DNA of 64,000 bases from contig CAVUSW010000010.1 of NCBI GenBank assembly GCA_963744265.1, positions 316,147-380,146 on the forward strand, written 5' to 3'. Every line of letters starts with the position of its first letter. Position 1 is the stretch's first letter. Both the position numbers and the translations under genes were made by a program. A model generated the notes under the pieces. The model was given only the letters and a program-made list of their open reading frames with translations. It was not told the DNA's origin and did not search any database. The stretch is from an uncultured Acidobacteriaceae bacterium. GTDB lineage: Bacteria > Acidobacteriota > Terriglobia > Terriglobales > Acidobacteriaceae. Shown one piece after another: positions 42,222-49,945 of this stretch.

Positions 42222-44022
42222 TCAGCGTTTAGCCGGCGCAGGTGTACGCTGGTGCGATTCGGCATCGACGTAGAGCGCCTCGATCTCTTTCTTGTAGCGG
42301 TCGGTCAGGTTGCGGCGGCGCAGCTTCATACTGGGCGTCAGGGTGCCCTCAGCGATACTGAGTTCATCAGGCACAACCAGCACTCGCTTCAGCTTCTCGA
42401 ATTGCGCCAGGTTTTGATTCATCTCGTCGACGATGCCCTGGTAGAGCGATTGCACCTGATGCGACTTGACCAATTCCTTACGCGACGAAAACTTAACCCC
42501 ATGATGGCGTGCCCAATCTTCCAAGTCAGGGAAGCTGGGGATGATGAGTACGGCAGGAAAGCGCCGCCTGTCGCCCAGCAAGGCCGCCTCGCTAATGTAC
42601 TGGTTTACCTTGAGCGAACTCTCGATGGGTTGCGGCGCGATGAATTTGCCGCCCGAAGTCTTGATCAGATCCTTCTTACGATCGGTAATGGAAAGATAGC
42701 CTTCTTCATCGAGGCTCGCGATGTCGCCAGTCTTGAACCAGCCATCTTCAAAGACTGCAGCAGATTCCTCGGGCATCTTCCAGTAACCCTTGAAGATCGA
42801 GGGACCGCGCACCAACAACTCGCCGTCGTCGGCGATCTTCACCTCGACATTCGGCAGCGGCTTGCCCACCGTGCCCAGGCGATGGTTGATGGGATTGTTG
42901 ACGGCGATTACCGGAGAAGTCTCGGTGAGTCCGTAACCTTCATGGATGCGGATTCCGATGTCGGCATACCAGGTGGCGATCTCGCGACCCAGAGGCGCGC
43001 CTCCGGAGACGAAAATCCGGGCTCTGCCGCCGAGACCCGCTCGCACCTTGGAGAATACCAGCGCGTTGGCCAGCTTCCACGATAGGGATTTTGGAGTTTC
43101 TCCGCGCAAGATGGCTTCCCGATTCGCGGCACCAACCGACAGAGCCCACTTAATAAGAGCCTGTTTTATTCCGCGCGACTGCGTACTGCACCTTGTTGTA
43201 AATCTTCTCGTAGACGCGGGGCACGGCCACGATGATGGTGGGATGCACCTCGGCCATGGTGCTCGGCAGATCGTCCATGTTGGGGCAGTAGGCCAGAGGT
43301 ACGCCTATGTTGAACAAGGCGTAGTCCAAATGCCGGGCAGTCACGTGCGAAAGCGGCAGGAAAGAGATGCACAGGTCTTCCTTGTCCAGTTCATACATGT
43401 CGAGCGAGACATTCAGATTTGACGCCAGGTTGCCGTGGGTAAGCATTACGCCCTTGGGCGTGCCGGTTGTGCCCGAGGTATAAATCAGCGTGGCGAGATC
43501 GTCGGGTTCCACCAGTCGGGCCATGGCTTCCAGTTTGGGATCGTTCTCGAATGACGCAGCGCGCAGAAACGACTGCATGGGTACGGCTTCGGTCAGCTCC
43601 GGAGCATCATCCATGATGACGACGTACTCGATACCAGCCTGCTTCCGGATGGCGGCGATCTTTTCGTACTGCTGACGGGTGGAGACGAAGGCGACGCGCG
43701 CCTCTGAATTCTGTGCCACAAATAGACATTGCTCACTGGTTTGCGTGGCATAGATAGGGACGTCGACAGCTCCCAACAGAAGGGTGGCGAAGTCAGCGAC
43801 TGCCCACTCCGGCCGGTTCTCGCTGAGGATGATGACGCGATCGCCCTTCTTCACGCCCCAGGCTTGCAGTTGACGCACAGTGGCGTAAACCCAGCTCCGT
43901 AGTTGAATCGCCGAAATCGGCTGCCACGTGCCGGCTTCGCGCGTGAGCATAATGCGATCGCTGTTGCGCTCGACCAACGTGAAGAAAACATCGTTAAGTG
44001 TTCGAAGATTATTTGCGCCCAA
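42222..44022 (-). pseudogene. fadD: Long-chain fatty acid-CoA ligase (AMP-forming), with one frame break
   Basis: AMP-binding motif IYTSGTTGTPKGVMLTH. One extra base in the T-run 43164-43167 separates ..YAVARNK from QALIKWALSVG.. Confidence 0.85.
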
Positions 44023-44097
44023 CTGCTTTTCCCCTGTCGGTCAATCCCAATGTGTCTCTACCGGCCCTGATGTGGCCAAAAGTTCGTCCCATCGCGG

Positions 44098-44742
44098 TCA
44101 CTTATCGCTGCGCATTCCGTTTAGAAAAATGTCGACCACCACATCCGCGACATTGGACAACCGATAGTCATGCTCGCTCAAGACCCAGGACGTGACCATC
44201 TCATCGAGAGCTCCAAAGAAGCAATTGGCCGCGTACTTGTCCGACATCTCGCGGCGAAAGGTTCCGTTGGCCTGACCATCGGTGATGGCCTCGCGCACCA
44301 GACCGAGATACTCGATCATGTGACGGTGCGAAAACTCGGAGAGAAAACGTGTGCTCTGGCGCAACTCCATCTGGAAAACCACCGCCAGGTTACGATTCGA
44401 TCCGAGCGCGTCCAGATGAAGGAATGCCAGCCGGCGCAGGCGCTCTGCCGGACTGGCCAGCTTCTTCAACTCGGTTCGCGCCAGGCTCATGAACGCATCG
44501 AATGCCGTGTTGATGGCCGTCATCAGGATCTCTTCTTTGCTCTTGAAGTAGAGATAAACGGTGCCATCGGCAACGTCGGCGCGGTCGGCAATGTCGGCGA
44601 TACGCGCGGTAAAGAAGCCTTTCTCGGCGAAGACAGCGACAGCGGCGTCGAGAATCCGCTGATACTTGTCGGCGCTGCGGTTCACGCCGGGGGCGGCTCC
44701 CTCCGGCGGAGGCAAGGAAGATTGAGGGTCACGTTTTGTCAC
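44098..44742 (-). CDS. TetR/AcrR-family transcriptional regulator
   Basis: HTH region ..YQRILDAAVAVFAEKGFFTARIADIADRADVADGTVYLYFKSKEEIL.. GTG 44742 is preferred over the track start 44913. It lies directly upstream of fadD on the same strand. Confidence 0.8.
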   Translation of the reverse strand: MTKRDPQSSLPPPEGAAPGVNRSADKYQRILDAAVAVFAEKGFFTARIADIADRADVADGTVYLYFKSKEEILMTAINTAFDAFMSLARTELKKLASPAERLRRLAFLHLDALGSNRNLAVVFQMELRQSTRFLSEFSHRHMIEYLGLVREAITDGQANGTFRREMSDKYAANCFFGALDEMVTSWVLSEHDYRLSNVADVVVDIFLNGMRSDK

Positions 44743-45136
44743 GGGGCCTGATCGTTGTAAACCTGAGAGAGTTAGCACCCCGGCCGCCACTAAGCCCTGG
44801 AGCAGCTGAGGGAATATCGTTGCTGCAATGCCGAATGAGTACTCATTCACTGTAACGCCTGCTGACCGCCTTCCGCAATTGGGAACCTGCGAAACACACG
44901 GGCAGCGTTCCAAAACGGAAATCCGGTGCTTGACGGCGGTGAGTACGCATCAGCGAGTAACGACTGTGGCCGAACGCTTGCTATTGATGGGACAATGACA
45001 CACACGCCAAATCGCTGAGTCCGGTCCAGATTTTGAGAGGAGAGAAGCGATGAACCAGTTCCTAATTTGGATTGATTGATGTCAGCATCGAGATCAGAAC
45101 GTAGGACAACGGACATTTGAAGCTAAAGGATCAGTC

Positions 45137-45821
45137 GTGAGTCATCGCGAAGCAGAACCATTTGTCGACAACGCCGCGGGCGCAGCTCCGGTCCGGGGAT
45201 TTCTTCATCGGGCGGGAGCGGGTGCTGGATTTCTCGTGCTTACGCATGGCGCGGGCGGAAATTGCAACGGGCCATTGCTGGTCGCGCTGGCAGACAAGTT
45301 CGCGGTGGCGGGCATCAGCACACTGCGGTGCGATTTGCCGTTTCGCCAGCGGCGTCCGCATGGCCCGCCCTCTCCATCCGATGCCAAGCAGGATCAGGCT
45401 GGACTGCGGCGAGCTGTCGAGTTGATGAAGCAGCAGTTTGCGGGACCAGCTTTTCTAGGCGGCGCGTCTTACGGCGGACGCCAGGCAAGCATGTTGGTCG
45501 CCGGGGAGCCGACCCTGGTCGACGGGCTGCTGCTGCTGTCGTATCCGCTGCACCCTCCGGGACGGCCGGTGCAATTGAGGACCGCCCATTTTCCCCGACT
45601 TGCGGACGTCCACTCTGTTCGTCAGTGGAAGCCGTGATGCCTTCGGTTCGATCGAAGAGTTGCAAAGCGCGATCAGACTTATCACTGCGCCGGCAAAGCT
45701 GGTTCCTATCGAGGGGACCGGCCACAGTCTGCTGCAGAAGTCCAATCGAGAAAAATTACCTGCGGATGTAGTGCAGGAGTTCCGCACTTTCTTCCATCAA
45801 TTGTCCGCCGCAGACTTATAA
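45137..45821 (+). pseudogene. Alpha/beta hydrolase (dienelactone hydrolase / KANL3-like), with one frame break
   Basis: ..FLVLTHGAGGN.., ..LGGASYGGR.. and C-terminal ..LFVSGSRDAFG...PIEGTGHSL. The break is near 45600. Confidence 0.7.
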
Positions 45822-45874
45822 TCGGGCACCACGAGCGAGTCACAACCCGGGTGTCAGACACCATGCACGCTCGA

Positions 45875-46631
45875 TCAGACTTGCGCCAAGCCTCCGTCCA
45901 CAAACAATTCAATGCCGGTGATATAGCTGGCATCGTCGGACGCGAGAAACGATGCAGCTTTAGCGATTTCATCCGGATCGCCAAACCGCCCCATCGATGT
46001 CATGGATAAGAGGGCTTGGCGGAAGGCGTCGTTTTCCTGTTTGTTCCTGCCCAGGCTGTCGAAGCCTGGGGTCTCGATTGGGCCCGGACTGATTGCATTG
46101 ATGCGGATCTTGCGGTCTTTCAGTTCGACCGTCCAAGAGCGCACGAACGAGCGCAATGCCGCTTTGGTGGCGCCATAAACGCTGAAGGAGGGTTGCGCTT
46201 TCGAGCCGGCAATGGAGGCGTTGAGAATGATGGATCCGCCTTCGCGAAACAGCGGAAGCGCTTCTGCACGCTAAAGGGCACGCCCTTCACGTTGACCCCA
46301 AACGTCTTGTCGAAGTGCTCCTCGGTGACTGCGATCAGGGGTGCGAACTCACCCAGGCCGGCATTGGCAAAGAGAATGCCGATGTGGCCTTTCTCCTTCT
46401 TAACGGTTTCGTACAGCCGATCGAGGTCCTTGAGATTGGAGACGTCTCCCTGCACGCCTGTGGCATTCTTGCCGATCTGTTTCACCGCGGCATCCAGTTC
46501 AGCCTGACGGCGGCCCGTAATCCCGTAATGAAGACGGACGCGCCGTCTGCGACAAATTGCTTGGCGGTGGCCAATCCGATGCCGCTATTGCCTCCGGTTA
46601 CGACTGCGACTTTCCCATCCAGCTTTCCCAT
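45875..46631 (-). pseudogene. SDR-family oxidoreductase disrupted by an 8 bp tandem duplication and a 1 nt deletion
   Basis: [19 protein letters not shown]... The duplicated CCCGTAAT at 46514-46529 breaks ..FITG / [10 protein letters not shown].. A missing base near 46261 breaks ..VQK / ALPLFREGG.. The C-terminus is ..YITGIELFVDGG. Confidence 0.8.
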
Positions 46632-46915
46632 GATTGTCTCCCCCGAAAATGAATTCCGTACTTCGAGATACGGATGAGGGCCGACCAGACAAGGTTTCAG
46701 GACAGCTATGTTGGAACATGGGTTCTCGCCTCCCAAGGCTTGTCCAACTGAAACGGGCCGCTTAGGCGAAGAACGGGCTTTCTTATCAGGCAGTTGTCGC
46801 CCAGAAAGCCGTCAGGCATCGGAGATCGCGCCAACCGCATCTGACTTAAACATTCTGCACTTTCGGGGGCGTTACGAATTCGAAAGTGCATGCCGATACG
46901 GCAAAGGAGAAACCG

Positions 46916-47308
46916 ATGGTTTCCAGAAAAATATGGGCAGTAGTAACGGGAGCGTTTTTTGCCCTGACCCTGTCATTGTCAGCGACGGCGCAGACCCAGA
47001 GCACCACGACCACGACGACACAGAATCCGCCGGTCGCACAGCAGTCGCAGAGCACGACCACCACCACCACGTCGCCGGACACAACCCAGCCTCAGAGCCA
47101 GACGACTCAGGAGACCCATACCACAACCCAGTCGAAGCATCATCACCAGAAGACGACACAAACAACCGACAGTACAACCACAAGCAGCACTCCGGCCCCG
47201 CAGAGCAATTCGAGTTCGAGCACTACCACCACCACTACTCCGGCCCCGCAGAGCAATTCGAGTTCGAGCACTACCACCACCACTACCACACCTCCTCCGC
47301 AGATGTAG
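46916..47308 (+). CDS. Small secreted Thr/Ser/Gln-rich (mucin-like) protein
   Basis: AAGGAG Shine-Dalgarno sequence. Signal peptide MVSRKIWAVVTGAFFALTLSLSATAQ. The rest is almost pure T/S/Q/P low complexity. Confidence 0.5.
   Translation: MVSRKIWAVVTGAFFALTLSLSATAQTQSTTTTTTQNPPVAQQSQSTTTTTTSPDTTQPQSQTTQETHTTTQSKHHHQKTTQTTDSTTTSSTPAPQSNSSSSTTTTTTPAPQSNSSSSTTTTTTTPPPQM
47190..47285 (+). repeat. Perfect 2 x 48 bp tandem duplication inside the Thr-rich gene
   Basis: Positions 47190-47237 are identical to 47238-47285, encoding TPAPQSNSSSSTTTTT twice. Confidence 0.95.
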
Positions 47309-47388
47309 CGCTGGATTCGCTATGGCACGCATGGCAGGCCTTTGACTGGTTGGTTAGGTGACGTGCCAAGTTTCATCGGTTGTTCGTT

Positions 47389-47423
47389 CCCACCCTGTCG
47401 CCAAGTGCGGCGACAAGGGTGGG
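47389..47423. other. Strong stem-loop between convergent genes
   Basis: CCCACCCTGTCGCC at 47389-47402 pairs with GGCGACA(a)GGGTGGG at 47409-47423. There is no flanking U-tract on either strand. Confidence 0.6.
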
Positions 47424-47530
47424 TGACCGTGCGTTGGGACAATGATTGAGTCGGAATCTTGTACAGACAAATTCTTCCCAAAGAGTAGAAGCTCTAGAAG
47501 CTTGGGAGAGGCACCCGCCCTGTGCTCTCG

Positions 47531-47914
47531 CTAACTGGATCCACCGCGGAACTGGATGATCCTGCGGCGATCGCGTTTGGAAGGCCGGCCTTCGGGGGCG
47601 GGAGAGAAGTTCATCGTCGCTTTCCGCTCGGCCGCCAACTTTAACCGCAGTTCACGGCCTGAGTCGGTTTCTTCATAGAGAGTGTGAGCGACCGATGCCG
47701 GTCCGCGCACTTCACTGAGAAGCAGAACGTTGACCTCAAAGTCTCCACTATCGGTCTTGATATGTAAGAGGTCGCCTACACGAACCTCGCGGGCTGGCTT
47801 GGCTGGCTGCTGGTGGGATTGAATCCTACCGAGTTCGCAAGCGCGGGCAGCCAATGCTCGGGATTTAAAGAAGCGAGCAGCCCATAGCCACTTGTCGATC
47901 CGGACACTAGTCAT
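47531..47914 (-). CDS. hslR: S4-domain RNA-binding heat-shock protein 15 (HslR-like)
   Basis: MTSVRIDKWLWAARFFKSRALA.. S4 motif. 127 aa. Confidence 0.8.
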   Translation of the reverse strand: MTSVRIDKWLWAARFFKSRALAARACELGRIQSHQQPAKPAREVRVGDLLHIKTDSGDFEVNVLLLSEVRGPASVAHTLYEETDSGRELRLKLAAERKATMNFSPAPEGRPSKRDRRRIIQFRGGSS

Positions 47915-47946
47915 AGCTTAATCGGATGATTCTTGACTTGCTGCAA

Positions 47947-49428
47947 TTACGGATTCAGGATGCCGACCAGGTAGTTGGACGAGGCAATACCGTTCACAAC
48001 CACTTGCAAATTGTACGAACCCTGTGGAATGTTCGGAATATCCACATGAGTATAGGTAGGCCCGACGTAGCCCACCGCCATGGTGCTATGGTCGTGCGTC
48101 CTGGCATAGTAAACCTTTCCATTCGAAGTGGAAGTGAAGCGCATAAGAGGATAGTTGGTGGCATCCTGGAAGTTACAGCCGTAGGCATTATTCTGCGATG
48201 CGCCGTTGAATTTGAACCCGTTCAGCTTATAGGTGGTATTCGCGTGCATGGTGAGATTGGTAATCAGTAAAGTCGGAGTCCAGCCGGTGTATTGACTTCC
48301 GGCGGAGGTGAAGAGTTCGACGTCGTTACTGAAGTCGGTGAACAGAACCTGTCCCGTGGGAAGCATCAACAAATGTCCATCGTAAGAACTATCAAAGGGC
48401 GCGTTGGGCGGACTGACGATCTGATTCAGAGTGCTGCCGTTCCACTCGAAGAAAACAGCGCCAGTGCCGCTAATGCCAGGGCTGCTCATCATGATTACGT
48501 TGCCATTGACTTCCAGCGCCGCCGGGCCGCCAGCGATGTTGAAATCACCCGGGAAAACGGGACCGGCGACCCAGCTACCGCTGCTCACGGTATAGACCGC
48601 CGTGTTGCCGCCACCGCATGTGTTTGCGCCGGTCTGATAGAGGGTTCCATTCGCCATCAGCACCGCCGGGCCTATCAAATGAGAACCGTCGCCACCGCAC
48701 TCGACGCCCGAATCCCAGAGCTGAACCGGCGTGCTGCCCTGGACAGTCCATGTGCCCGCGTGCGGGTTATAGGTTTCCCAGTTCTTGCCATTGAGCTGGT
48801 TACTACCGTCGTAGGTATCGACATCCAGTAGTTTGCCACCGGGTAGCAAAGTCATACCCTCATGTAGATAAGAGTCGAACTTTCCGGAACCGGTCGGCGT
48901 CCACGTCATCGTCGAGGCATCGAGCAGCGCGGCGCTGGGCTGAGTGCTGCAGCAGGAGGTCAGCATGAAGTTTCCGTTTGCCAGAACCGCACTGGGCGAA
49001 TTACCAATTGAGGTCCAGCCGCTGGGCGGACTTACCGTGCTCCAGCTATTGGCAACCGGATCGTAGATCGCTCCCTTGTTCGTCCAAGAATCCGCGCCTT
49101 CGTTGTACAGTCCGCCTTCCACGATATAGCGCCCATCGGGCAGCACTGCAGAGGCAAAATATAGAGGTCCATAGTTAGACGGCATGGCGGCGACCTGGGT
49201 CCAGGTGCCAGTCGCATAGCTACCGGTATTGATGTTCGGGGTCAGCGTCCACCAGTTTCCCCAGGTGCCGGGATTGCCGCTTTCGTCATGAACTAAGACC
49301 CGGCCGTCGGTAAGCAGAGCTACCGCGCCGGCCCCGATGTTGGGAACGTTTTGTGCACGTGCCCAGGATTGAGCGTGGGCAGCACCTACTGTAGCCAGAG
49401 CGATTAGAAGAAGTCGAAATACCCGCAT
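47947..49428 (-). CDS. Secreted kelch/galactose-oxidase-like beta-propeller protein with a C-terminal Ig-like domain
   Basis: GGAGGGG Shine-Dalgarno sequence. Signal peptide MRVFRLLLIALATVGAAHA. Repeated blade-like segments with GG/W spacing. The family call is tentative. Confidence 0.55.
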   Translation of the reverse strand: MRVFRLLLIALATVGAAHAQSWARAQNVPNIGAGAVALLTDGRVLVHDESGNPGTWGNWWTLTPNINTGSYATGTWTQVAAMPSNYGPLYFASAVLPDGRYIVEGGLYNEGADSWTNKGAIYDPVANSWSTVSPPSGWTSIGNSPSAVLANGNFMLTSCCSTQPSAALLDASTMTWTPTGSGKFDSYLHEGMTLLPGGKLLDVDTYDGSNQLNGKNWETYNPHAGTWTVQGSTPVQLWDSGVECGGDGSHLIGPAVLMANGTLYQTGANTCGGGNTAVYTVSSGSWVAGPVFPGDFNIAGGPAALEVNGNVIMMSSPGISGTGAVFFEWNGSTLNQIVSPPNAPFDSSYDGHLLMLPTGQVLFTDFSNDVELFTSAGSQYTGWTPTLLITNLTMHANTTYKLNGFKFNGASQNNAYGCNFQDATNYPLMRFTSTSNGKVYYARTHDHSTMAVGYVGPTYTHVDIPNIPQGSYNLQVVVNGIASSNYLVGILNP

Positions 49429-49945
49429 GTTTCCCCTCCGGTAGCCAAGATTTTCCATTCCTGGCACGCTAGGCGCCGAATACTATACACCCATCGCGTG
49501 TCACTCTTGCTTCGTTTTGTGTTTGGTTGTGTCCTAAAGTAGCAACACAAATTTAGGACGCTACCCAGACTGTCGTCCAAGCATGCGATAAGAGCTTGGC
49601 GGCCACGAAAAAGGGAGGGGACGCGGATGCTCCGGTCAAACGGGTGGCTGACGACAGTTGTTCAACTCGAGTGATCCGTGCAAGCTGAATGTGTGGCGGA
49701 GCGCTGCCTGTGGGTCTGGGGCTTAACTGTGATTGGCTTGGTCCGGGGTCGTGACCGTAACCACTTGGTTGAGTCGGCACCGAATTAAACTACACAAAAG
49801 TTCTTGAATATTGACCGTGGTTCGTGCAAATTGGGACACACTGCAAAATTATTGCAAGCATGGCGTTCAGGGTTAAGGGCTGAAATCGCAGTGCTAACCT
49901 CGCCCATGTCGTGATGCGGCAGTTCATTCCCTTGAGGAGATCCCT

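Noticed and set aside
49455-49475. TGGCAC motifs as sigma54 promoters (49463, 4286 and 20886).
   Set aside because: None has the TTGC element at the required 5 nt spacing.
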